Origin: a virus
Lineage: Duplodnaviria > Caudoviricetes
Strand: one strand, 5' to 3'
Virus record (IMG/VR): IMGVR_UViG_3300037067_012889
Coordinates: 160,001 to 224,000 of that record
Length of the DNA stretch: 64,000 nt
The stretch's first letter is position 1. The number at the start of each line of letters is the position of its first letter. The translations under genes and the position numbers were made by a program. Under the pieces are notes generated by a model, which worked only from the letters and a program-made list of their open reading frames with translations, was not told where the DNA came from and did not search any database. Shown here in pieces: positions 39,584 through 47,516 of the stretch.

Positions 39584-39922
39584 TCAGCTACATCGCACTC
39601 TACAATATGCCATGACTCTGTCATATATATAACATACGTCTGGTAAAAGCCAGATTGAATCGTCCCAAAATATCTGACCTTCTAGACCTTTCACGGTCTC
39701 TTCGACACATGAACAGGATACATATGTTACCTTCGATTCGCCAATAGTCAATGTGTTTCTATTCGAACGAATCGTAGGAATACCCATTTGGTCGAAAGAT
39801 CGCATATGCTGACTTAGCAGATCTTCGGCATATCGCTGGAAACAGGCGACCACTACGACATTCCGCTCTCCACGACGAACGGAGTCTATCACATCCTGGA
39901 TCAATTGTCGGCTGAGACCCAT
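39584..39922 (-). CDS. hypothetical protein within the CRISPR locus (112 aa)
   Basis: ATG-started ORF between arrays 2 and 1. Confidence 0.6.
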   Translation of the reverse strand: MGLSRQLIQDVIDSVRRGERNVVVVACFQRYAEDLLSQHMRSFDQMGIPTIRSNRNTLTIGESKVTYVSCSCVEETVKGLEGQIFWDDSIWLLPDVCYIYDRVMAYCRVRCS

Positions 39923-39939
39923 CAGTTCTCGGTTACGTT

Positions 39940-40473
39940 TCAGGCCGGTTGTGTTTCGGTCTCCAACAACGCTTCCAATTCGGCAATTTTCACGTTCAAC
40001 GCTTCGTTTTCTTCTTCGAGTTGTTTAATACGCGCCATCAGTTGGTCGATGATCGCCCTTTGGCGCACCTTCTCACGACGAGCTTGCGTAAGCTGGTCCT
40101 CGATTTGCCGTTGCTTCGGGCTACGTTTGGCCGATGGTGCGAGCCTGTTGCCCGAGATCATCTTCTGCCTCATCTTCCAAATCTTGCCATCAGCCCATTG
40201 CTCCTTACGTGGATAATATTCAAGGAGCTTTTCAAGTTCAAGGAAACTCAAACAGAGATCATCAACGTAGTCGTCCAGCAGGTCTGCTAACTTAAGGTCG
40301 TCAAGAACGTCGTTGTCGGCACGAAACTCCTCGTCGTGATAGACCCTGCTGAGCAGGACGATACGCTTATAAGCGTTAGCGCCGCTCCTCTCCCTCAATT
40401 TCCTCGCTTCCAGCAAGTTTGTCTTGTAGAGCTTGCTTGAGTTTTGTGGGGTCTGATCTGTCGAGTTCATCAA
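39940..40473 (-). CDS. helical protein with a C-terminal coiled coil, within the CRISPR locus
   Basis: GAGGAG RBS; heptad pattern LMARIKQLEEENEALNVKIAELE. Confidence 0.75.
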   Translation of the reverse strand: MMNSTDQTPQNSSKLYKTNLLEARKLRERSGANAYKRIVLLSRVYHDEEFRADNDVLDDLKLADLLDDYVDDLCLSFLELEKLLEYYPRKEQWADGKIWKMRQKMISGNRLAPSAKRSPKQRQIEDQLTQARREKVRQRAIIDQLMARIKQLEEENEALNVKIAELEALLETETQPA

Positions 40474-40609
40474 TAGTTCTCCTCATTCGTTTGTGGAAGT
40501 GTGCCAATGAAGCACAGTCCTTATTGCAATACTTACGACCCTCTTGCAATGGCATCTTGCAGATTGGACAGAAGAAACGAACAATATCAGCCTGTTTCGT
40601 AATTTCCAT
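40376..40609 (-). CDS. possible small Zn-finger protein (CPIC..KYCNKDC)
   Basis: Cys motif present, but it overlaps the next ORF by about 100 nt. Confidence 0.35.
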   Translation of the reverse strand: MEITKQADIVRFFCPICKMPLQEGRKYCNKDCASLAHFHKRMRRTIDELDRSDPTKLKQALQDKLAGSEEIEGEERR

Positions 40610-40619
40610 CCTATCCTGC

Positions 40620-40859
40620 CCTGCAGCCACCTAGAAACGATCACACTCTCTAAATACTGAGTTATCCAGAGAGCAGCAACCTGTAGTCACCTGGGAACGA
40701 GCGGTACTCTCCATCAACTTCGCACGCGGCTAGCACGCGTCCAGCCTGTAGTCACCTGGGAACGAGCGGTACTCTCCATCTGTCCCAACGCATCAGACAC
40801 CAACGCATCAGACAGACAACGCCGCCTGTAGTCACCTGGGAACGAGCGGTACTCTCCAT
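40620..40859 (-). CRISPR. CRISPR array 2: 3 perfect repeats, 1 degenerate repeat, 3 spacers
   Basis: Repeats at 40680, 40745 and 40825; degenerate copy 40620-40653; same leader as array 1. Confidence 0.95.
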
Positions 40860-40893
40860 TACGCCAACGGGTATTAAAGCATGCCACTAGTAA

Positions 40894-40972
40894 AAAGGTG
40901 ACTCTGGCGAGGGCTAACACGGTACGTATTGCCCGCAGCTATTCTCGCCTTCGAGACGTACAGGACGCCTCT
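40894..40972 (-). ncRNA. tracrRNA-like element, copy 1
   Basis: 79-nt element identical in 4 copies; bipartite complementarity to the repeat 3' end. Confidence 0.85.
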
Positions 40973-40985
40973 AAATTGATTCAGT

Positions 40986-41276
40986 CTATTTCGACTGGTC
41001 CTCTTCAATCAGGTTCTCACGGATTTTCACGGCTTCGGCAGTGATATTCCGCAGCAGCATGTCCGCAATCGGGTCCGTAGTCCTGGTACACGCCAGGTGG
41101 CTTGTAATTTCATCCATGAAAATTACCATCGTCATTGCTTCCGGGGTGACGAGACAGTTCCCACCAATTTCCAATTCAAAATTATCGAGATGTGCATGAC
41201 TTGCGGCGTCCAGGTGAACACCACCACGGCAACCATCTGATGCTTTGCCACGCTTATGCAGATAATAGTTACGCAT
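40986..41276 (-). CDS. hypothetical protein (96 aa) directly downstream of the second dCas12f
   Basis: GGAG RBS before ATG 41276. Confidence 0.6.
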   Translation of the reverse strand: MRNYYLHKRGKASDGCRGGVHLDAASHAHLDNFELEIGGNCLVTPEAMTMVIFMDEITSHLACTRTTDPIADMLLRNITAEAVKIRENLIEEDQSK

Positions 41277-41307
41277 TAGTAAATCTCCGGGCGTCAATAT
41301 AGTACAA

Positions 41308-42513
41308 TTATCCCGCTTTTTTCTTGAACTTACGTGCGCCAATCACGTGGATTATGACGTCGATATCGGCTTTATTGCAAGCCTTCTGAATCAACGAACC
41401 CATCTGCTGCCAATCCCAATGAGTCGATTCAATATTGCATCCCTGGACACGACCGACCTTCTCCATATGTCGATTGTTACATAGATCGCCAACTGGTTGA
41501 AATACCACAAGCCGACCCGCACCAGCCATACTCAAACGCCTGACCATCTCTTCGGCGAGCCTGTGATTCCATGTTTTGACGAAATCACGCCATCGACGCG
41601 TCAACTTCTCACGACGAGTAATTGCGATGTTCCGCTTTTTCTTAGATCCTTTATAAAGACGTTGGATTGTCAAGGATCGGCGGGTGTGCTTGATGTCGTT
41701 ACCAAATCGCAATCTGGTGCTTGTCCTACCATTGATGCGGAACAGGATTGGGCGTGAAAATCCACCAGACAAGAAAGCCGTCTTGTTCTTGTCGATGGGC
41801 AATTTCACCTTTGGAATGGAATGACAGATCTTGGCATACCATTTACCATCGCGTTCGAATAAATCGACACCCTTGATACTCCATTCGCCGTCCGCAATCC
41901 TCCAAAACATGTTGCGAATAGAATGGAGCTTGTATGACTTAGTCTTGATCTTGAAGATCATGACGGTGTCATCGTCGAATCGCACTTGCAACTTCCAATC
42001 ATCATCGTCAGTTGCCGGAACGACGATATGACAATCGCTAGTGCAGAACGGGATTTTGCCGCGCTTAGCAGATTGCGGCAATTCGCCAAGACCAGCCAGA
42101 GCGATCATCCAGCGAGGATAGGCTGACTTGATGCCGGACTTCTTAATGAGATCCTTCATCGCTTTTTTGACAGCCAGCTGAATCTGCTTCATACCAAACT
42201 CAGCATGTGTCTCGGCGATAATGGCCCGCAGCCGTTCATCCATCTCAGGGCTGCAAGGATCAACAGAACATCGAATGCGGGGACTAACACGCTTATCAGG
42301 ATGATACAACCATTTCTTGTCGTTCTCCATCCATTCTCGAACGATAAGATGATTACCAGCTTCGTAGTGTAGCCGCAACCAAGCCGCTGCAAAATCATTA
42401 GTAACCTGCTGGATTTTGTCGGCGATGGTAGAGAGACGCTTTTTCTCTACTGCGAAATCTCCATCACTTCCAACTAGATCAACCCTCTTGTTCTTGATAA
42501 CTCTGTACTGCAC
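41308..42513 (-). CDS. Cas12f1-like protein B, RuvC-inactivated and C-terminally truncated (401 aa)
   Basis: GKWYAKIC; RuvC-I site TAFLSGG (no Asp); RuvC-II site LVVFQP (no Glu); WDWQQMGSLIQKACNKADIDV; no Zn finger or RuvC-III; GAGGAG RBS. Confidence 0.85.
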   Translation of the reverse strand: MQYRVIKNKRVDLVGSDGDFAVEKKRLSTIADKIQQVTNDFAAAWLRLHYEAGNHLIVREWMENDKKWLYHPDKRVSPRIRCSVDPCSPEMDERLRAIIAETHAEFGMKQIQLAVKKAMKDLIKKSGIKSAYPRWMIALAGLGELPQSAKRGKIPFCTSDCHIVVPATDDDDWKLQVRFDDDTVMIFKIKTKSYKLHSIRNMFWRIADGEWSIKGVDLFERDGKWYAKICHSIPKVKLPIDKNKTAFLSGGFSRPILFRINGRTSTRLRFGNDIKHTRRSLTIQRLYKGSKKKRNIAITRREKLTRRWRDFVKTWNHRLAEEMVRRLSMAGAGRLVVFQPVGDLCNNRHMEKVGRVQGCNIESTHWDWQQMGSLIQKACNKADIDVIIHVIGARKFKKKAG

Positions 42514-42530
42514 GATTTCTCCTCAAAGGA

Positions 42531-42609
42531 AAAGGTGACTCTGGCGAGGGCTAACACGGTACGTATTGCCCGCAGCTATTCTCGCCTTCGAGACGTACAG
42601 GACGCCTCT
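42531..42609 (-). ncRNA. tracrRNA-like element, copy 2 (between the two effector genes)
   Basis: Identical 79-nt element. Confidence 0.85.
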
Positions 42610-42620
42610 GGATTGATTCA

Positions 42621-43925
42621 TCATGCTGCTTTCTTCTTACGCAATTTGCTCTTGCGTGATTCACCAATCTTCCTAACAGTGACCTTGATGCCGACGACCT
42701 TGCAAGCGTGCTGCAATAACAACTGCATTTGGTACCAATCCCAACCGGTCGATTCGGTGAACCCCTTCATCTTCCCGATATTAGTCAGGTATCTTGATTC
42801 TCGCCATTTGCCAGCTGGCTGATATACTACAACGTGGCCGATTTTGGATTTGACACATCGCTTAACGACGTCTGCGGCCCAACAGCTATTGGTCGTCTTG
42901 ACCATATCACGCCACGTGTCCCTGATCTTGTCGCGCCACTGGATTGGCTTCCTGCCATGTCCTTTCCTGGCACTGGAAGCATATTTGTATGATTCGTTTT
43001 TACCGAATCGTTGTTGCGTCAGCGATTTGCGCACACGTTCGATATGCCTACTGTCCATCAAACCCGTCAAAGTCCTACCATTGATTCGCATCATCATCGA
43101 ATTATGGTAGCCAGCGGTAACGAAAGCCGTCTTCGTGGCGTCCAATTGTGACTTCTCGATATTCGTAATCTTGTAACAGATATGCGCGTACCAACGGCCA
43201 TCACGAAGAACTAACGAAGAAGTGTTGAAGATGAATTCACCAGATGCAATCTTCAATAGAGCTTCACGAATGGTGGCCAAATTACGGCCACCGGTTCGCA
43301 TTTTAAAGACCATTGGACGCAGACGAGTACCGAGTCCTCTTTCAAAGCGTACTTCCAGTTTCCACGGGTCTTTAATCGTTTTCGGAACGATGATGCTGCT
43401 GTTCGAAGTGTAAAACGGAATGGGTGCAGGTTTATGTGCTTGTGGGAATTCGCCCAAGCCGGAAAGAATCGTCATCCATCTCTTATAGGCCGACTTCGAC
43501 GACGGCATTGAAGAGATCGTCTTACCAACGTTTTGCAAAATGATGCCGATTGGTTTCGTTCCAAGATTAGCATGCTCTCTTGTGAGAAGTCTGTAGAGCT
43601 GCCTACTCATCGCTGGATCGCATGAATTAACAGGGCACTTAATGCGTGGCGGTGCATCCTTTTTACCCTTATAGGCTTTCGCCCACTCTTTATCCTTCTC
43701 GATCCAATTGCGAATCACCAGATGATGCCCGGCTTGCTGATGCAAACATAGCCAGTGGTTGCAGTAGTCGTTCGCCATCTGCTGCATTTGGACGGCCAGC
43801 GACAAGAGGCGTTTTTTCTCGTCTACGAAATCACCATCACTGCCAGTCAGTTCGATCCTGATGATTTTCGTGATACCATCAGGCTTCTTCTTACGTGGCT
43901 TCTTCTCTACTTTTTCTTCGCTCAT
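42621..43925 (-). CDS. Cas12f1-like protein A, RuvC-inactivated and C-terminally truncated (434 aa)
   Basis: GRWYAHICY; TAFVTAG; Cas12f1-type RKGHGRK; IGHVVVYQP; WDWYQMQLLLQHACKVVGIKV; ends without Zn finger or RuvC-III. Confidence 0.88.
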   Translation of the reverse strand: MSEEKVEKKPRKKKPDGITKIIRIELTGSDGDFVDEKKRLLSLAVQMQQMANDYCNHWLCLHQQAGHHLVIRNWIEKDKEWAKAYKGKKDAPPRIKCPVNSCDPAMSRQLYRLLTREHANLGTKPIGIILQNVGKTISSMPSSKSAYKRWMTILSGLGEFPQAHKPAPIPFYTSNSSIIVPKTIKDPWKLEVRFERGLGTRLRPMVFKMRTGGRNLATIREALLKIASGEFIFNTSSLVLRDGRWYAHICYKITNIEKSQLDATKTAFVTAGYHNSMMMRINGRTLTGLMDSRHIERVRKSLTQQRFGKNESYKYASSARKGHGRKPIQWRDKIRDTWRDMVKTTNSCWAADVVKRCVKSKIGHVVVYQPAGKWRESRYLTNIGKMKGFTESTGWDWYQMQLLLQHACKVVGIKVTVRKIGESRKSKLRKKKAA

Positions 43926-43998
43926 TTGATCCTCTTAATGATTAGAGGGCCTACATGGATTCACGCCTGTAATCATTGGAAGTTAACAATTCCAAAAT

Positions 43999-44077
43999 AA
44001 AGGTGACTCTGGCGAGGGCTAACACGGTACGTATTGCCCGCAGCTATTCTCGCCTTCGAGACGTACAGGACGCCTCT
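43999..44077 (-). ncRNA. tracrRNA-like element, copy 3
   Basis: Identical 79-nt element; has its own promoter upstream. Confidence 0.85.
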
Positions 44078-44104
44078 GGATTGAGTCTAATTGTTCCATA
44101 AAAG

Positions 44105-44133
44105 GTTGTAGCATGAAGAATAGAAATCATTAA
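44105..44133 (-). promoter_or_regulatory. promoter TTAATG-N17(..TCATGC)-TACAAC for tracr copy 3 and the dCas12f genes
   Basis: Member of the recurring motif family; 17-nt spacing. Confidence 0.55.
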
Positions 44134-44562
44134 CCTAGGAACGGCACCCTCCATTCTCTTGGTTCGATGTGTGGCTCGATTGGTTCCTATAGTCACCTTG
44201 GAACAAACGGTACTCTCCATTACACCTGGGAACGAGCGGTACTCTCCATTCACACACCACTTTACCGTTGAGTGGTGTCCTGCAGTCACCTGGGAACGAG
44301 TGGTACTCTCCATTATGGGAAATCCCACTTTACGGTTTACCTGTAGTCACCTGGGAACGAGCGGTACTCTCATTGGTTTTGCGGCAAACCTCTCTTCCCT
44401 TCTCCTGTAGTCACCTGGGAACGAGTGGTACTCTCCATCGATGGATGAAGAATTCCAGCAACCTGTAGTCACCTGGGAACGAACGGTAAACCCCATTCCA
44501 AAAGCCTGTATCGAGCAAACGGTCGCTCCTGTAGTCACCTGGGAACGAACGGTAAACCCCAT
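44132..44562 (-). CRISPR. CRISPR array 3: 8 polymorphic or partial repeats, 6 spacers of 23-31 nt
   Basis: Repeats at about 44132 (degenerate), 44186, 44223 (partial), 44279, 44340, 44404, 44462 and 44528; same leader. Confidence 0.95.
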
Positions 44563-44595
44563 TACGCCAACGGGTATTAAAGGATATCACTAATA

Positions 44596-44674
44596 AAAGG
44601 TGACTCTGGCGAGGGCTAACACGGTACGTATTGCCCGCAGCTATTCTCGCCTTCGAGACGTACAGGACGCCTCT
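44596..44674 (-). ncRNA. tracrRNA-like element, copy 4
   Basis: Identical 79-nt element upstream of the array 3 leader. Confidence 0.85.
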
Positions 44675-44688
44675 GGATTGAGTCTAAT

Positions 44689-45684
44689 TCACTTTGCACG
44701 TGGCCGCTTCACGCAGCTATTGGGCGAAAGTTGTTTGATACCTTCATTGGAACGCCATTTATTCCAAGCCATGACGCATCCGCGATACATCTCTTCTTGT
44801 GACACCGGCTTCCTATCACTCGACTTCTTGCCGTCGATGGTGCTCCTCTCCAAATAGTTCTTCAAAACCAAACGAGGGTCGCTCTTGTCGAAAAAGCCGA
44901 CGCCGGTCGTAACGGAAATCCAAAATTCACGTGCAGCCGATTGGCATTTTGTAAACGTCTCAAACATAGCGGCGACGACAGGGGCTCGCCAAATATGCTT
45001 TGTGATTTTGCTCTTGTTGGTCTTCAAGAACGTCAAGATCTGCTTCGCCACAATGTGGTATTCGGCATCCATGATATGGCACCGAGAATCAATGTCGAGT
45101 AAATAATGCCTATTCTGCACTTCCCACTTCCAAAGCGAGAATCCGTTGACGGCCACGTTTAACATGCCGCGATCGAACTCCTCATATCCTTCACGCCCGA
45201 GTAAAATAGAGTTGACGACCGTCGTGTTGGAACGCGAATAGTTGCGATCAAACGTGCCGTACAAAATACGGACATCGTCAATTGTCTTACAAGTGTAACG
45301 ATACATCCGAACCTTGTAAATCTGCTGGATGTCGTCCGGAAGAGTAATAAACGCCCATGCCGTGTGCTGCCCGTTGATACGATACTTCGCTTTGTCCTCC
45401 TGGCAATGCGCCGTAGCCAAGATGACTTGTTCTGGGCGAAACAACCCACGTACCATACAACGCTGTAAGTATGCGACGTGGGCATCACGAATCGACCGTT
45501 CGGCGACAAATTCCTTCATCTCCAAGAGTTCAGTACAAAGCTCCTTCGTCAATGTGACGATCTCTTCCTTACCGAGCCTGATTGATTCACCCATTTCTTG
45601 AACATCGGGGCCAGCAGCCTGCCCAGGCTGCATAAGGTGATCAAGATCGACGTTGGACGTTGTGAAGCTAGACTGATCGGACAT
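44689..45684 (-). CDS. ParB/Srx-like (DGQHR-type) domain protein
   Basis: RINGQHT variant of DGQHR; C-terminal DPRLVL..AWNKW; AGGAG RBS. Confidence 0.6.
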   Translation of the reverse strand: MSDQSSFTTSNVDLDHLMQPGQAAGPDVQEMGESIRLGKEEIVTLTKELCTELLEMKEFVAERSIRDAHVAYLQRCMVRGLFRPEQVILATAHCQEDKAKYRINGQHTAWAFITLPDDIQQIYKVRMYRYTCKTIDDVRILYGTFDRNYSRSNTTVVNSILLGREGYEEFDRGMLNVAVNGFSLWKWEVQNRHYLLDIDSRCHIMDAEYHIVAKQILTFLKTNKSKITKHIWRAPVVAAMFETFTKCQSAAREFWISVTTGVGFFDKSDPRLVLKNYLERSTIDGKKSSDRKPVSQEEMYRGCVMAWNKWRSNEGIKQLSPNSCVKRPRAK

Positions 45685-45727
45685 AGCGAAACTCCTATCT
45701 GTGCAAGACAATAAGTCGGAATATCAC

Positions 45728-45756
45728 GTTATAGCACGATGCCAAATAATTATTAA
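45728..45756 (-). promoter_or_regulatory. promoter TTAATA-N17(..TCGTGC)-TATAAC at the head of the CRISPR locus
   Basis: Member of the recurring motif family. Confidence 0.7.
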
Positions 45757-45763
45757 CTATTCG

Positions 45764-46402
45764 TCAAACCTTGCCCCAACTGCCCCATCGCTGCAAAATG
45801 CGTCGGTCATATCGTTCTAATCTGTTACTAATAACGGACGAATGTGCAGTGCGCTTAATTTCGAATCCGCGTGATTTCGTGGTATAAGGCATCAGATGGA
45901 TCGATTCAACACCACGATACCACAGGTAATCAGATATCATCGATCTGTGACAACGCCACCATTGGCACTCACAACAGATGATAGCTAAATCCTCCGTCTT
46001 ACCGCGCTGTATAATATTATCAGCAGCAATTAGGAAGTCCGAAATCGTCATGAACCAAGCGTATTCATATAGACCGCGATTTGTCCAGCTGACGTAATTA
46101 ACATCTGGCATAGCTGCCGCAATCTGGCCCTTTGGAAACTTCTTTTGGCAATAAGCCAAAACATTCACGCCATATTTTACGAACTCGTCAGCATACGACA
46201 TATAGACATCTCGCCATCCTCCTAGACGTGGCTCCCATTCATAGTGCTTCTTCCCACTAAGCCATGATTCCATCTCCTCCTTGTTGAACTGTGGGTGCAC
46301 CGAGCCGGGGTGCGACCGAACATCGACAATGGTTTGCACCGGTTCAGCCAATGCCAAAAAATCATCAGTAGCCAGAGTGCTATGTCCTAGTGTGTAAATC
46401 AT
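45764..46402 (-). CDS. DUF488 family protein
   Basis: IYTLGHS, DVRSHP..PQFN, LGG and CCE..WWRCHRSMISD motifs. Confidence 0.85.
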   Translation of the reverse strand: MIYTLGHSTLATDDFLALAEPVQTIVDVRSHPGSVHPQFNKEEMESWLSGKKHYEWEPRLGGWRDVYMSYADEFVKYGVNVLAYCQKKFPKGQIAAAMPDVNYVSWTNRGLYEYAWFMTISDFLIAADNIIQRGKTEDLAIICCECQWWRCHRSMISDYLWYRGVESIHLMPYTTKSRGFEIKRTAHSSVISNRLERYDRRILQRWGSWGKV

Positions 46403-46410
46403 ATAACCAG

Positions 46411-46740
46411 TTATCGATGTATTGATGCTATTTGTACATCATAAACATACGTACCACTACGATCGCCTAGTAGCCAAAACTGTCCGTTATCGTCGACAGG
46501 AGTATATCGATAATCGAGCGTGAAATCAGCAGGATCTAATGCCATTCTTAGCAAGTAGTCAATAGCCTGTGCCTTAAGTTTCGCTAAGAGATCTTGCTCA
46601 TGCACCCCTATTACAGCTTTCCAATGCGCACTTGGCGAGTCAGGTACAACGGTACAAGATTTCGCACGTTCAGCATATCCAACAGTATGTTGGTCTTGTT
46701 TAAGGACGAAATTAATCTTATTCAGGATACCAACAATCAC
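46411..46740 (-). CDS. hypothetical protein (109 aa)
   Basis: ORF downstream of a promoter. Confidence 0.55.
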   Translation of the reverse strand: MIVGILNKINFVLKQDQHTVGYAERAKSCTVVPDSPSAHWKAVIGVHEQDLLAKLKAQAIDYLLRMALDPADFTLDYRYTPVDDNGQFWLLGDRSGTYVYDVQIASIHR

Positions 46741-46774
46741 GATATGCCCTTATATTGCTAGAACGGGATACCAA

Positions 46775-46803
46775 ATTATAGCACGAAAGACATTAATATT
46801 TAA
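46775..46803 (-). promoter_or_regulatory. promoter TTAAAT-N17(..TCGTGC)-TATAAT
   Basis: Member of the recurring motif family. Confidence 0.7.
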
Positions 46804-46810
46804 TCAGAGT

Positions 46811-47149
46811 CTATTCATCATCATCGTCATAATCTAAACCATTATCATCCTTGAACTCATCGACGGCGCAATTTTGACAAAGACGCGCTACAAGACCTCC
46901 CTCTGCCCCATGACGCGTAAAATAAAAATTACTCGTACGTAATGAATGGCCACATCGCCCGCAGTCGCCATCGGCGGTATGGCTAGGCCGTCTTCGATAT
47001 TCAAGATTCCGCATATATCTTAAGAATCTGCCATACCACGGCTCATCCCCGTAATTATCTTCCTGTGTATCATATGCGGTACGAACTACATCCCTATAAT
47101 TCCTTCGTCTAGGAAAGAATGCTTCGTCTAAACGCTTTATGAAGTTCAT
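46811..47149 (-). CDS. small Zn-ribbon protein with MNFIKRLDE N-terminus
   Basis: CGRCG..LCQNC motifs. Confidence 0.6.
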   Translation of the reverse strand: MNFIKRLDEAFFPRRRNYRDVVRTAYDTQEDNYGDEPWYGRFLRYMRNLEYRRRPSHTADGDCGRCGHSLRTSNFYFTRHGAEGGLVARLCQNCAVDEFKDDNGLDYDDDDE

Positions 47150-47516
47150 AACATCCCCGCAGTCAAAGAATATTCCAAATATATCTTTGCTATTCCGGTT
47201 CTGTTGGTGCGGAACGACCATACCAAGCTTCTAATTCCGTCCGCTCTTCGGGAGTAAGAACATGTAGTGGCTTTTTTGATATTCTCTTTATTACGCCATC
47301 AATAGACAATCTATTCACATTGCTTTACACGGCATTGAATCAAAAGACCTGATGGCGTTGCACAAGAAATGTCCCAGACGGTGCAGCAATCTTAACCATT
47401 TCTCCCCGTTGTTGCACAAGGTGCTCTACGAGCTTTTCCACATCTTTATTTATATAATGCAAAGGACTGCCACAAGCACAAAAACCGGGTTTAATTTCCA
47501 TATGACTGGCTCCAAT

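Noticed and set aside
39584-39922. Terminase ATPase-like fragment (GESKVTYVS..VKG..IFWDD)
   Set aside because: There is no Walker A motif and the ORF is only 112 aa; the resemblance is too weak.
40193-40203. 11-nt match (GCCCATTGCTC) between an array 1 spacer and the coiled-coil gene, suggesting self-targeting
   Set aside because: A match this short is expected by chance across 12 spacers and 64 kb, and it does not cover the guide's 5' seed. I saw no full protospacer by eye, but this was not an exhaustive search.
41308-43925. IS200/IS605 TnpB transposons or an active Cas12f nuclease
   Set aside because: There is no TnpA or IS ends, the RuvC acidic residues are replaced, and the Zn finger/RuvC-III is absent. 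The genes are tied to arrays and tracrRNAs.
39314-44857. ORFs over the arrays and tracr copies (e.g. CSHLGTSGTLH repeats and the two MTLARANTVRIARSYSRLRDVQDASG ORFs)
   Set aside because: They are translations of repeated non-coding elements and run antisense to the locus.
47338-47502. Possibly frameshifted small gene (MEIKPGFCACGSPLHY...GE / MVKIAAPSGTFLVQRH)
   Set aside because: It is too short to distinguish a pseudogene, a sequencing error or chance without homologues.
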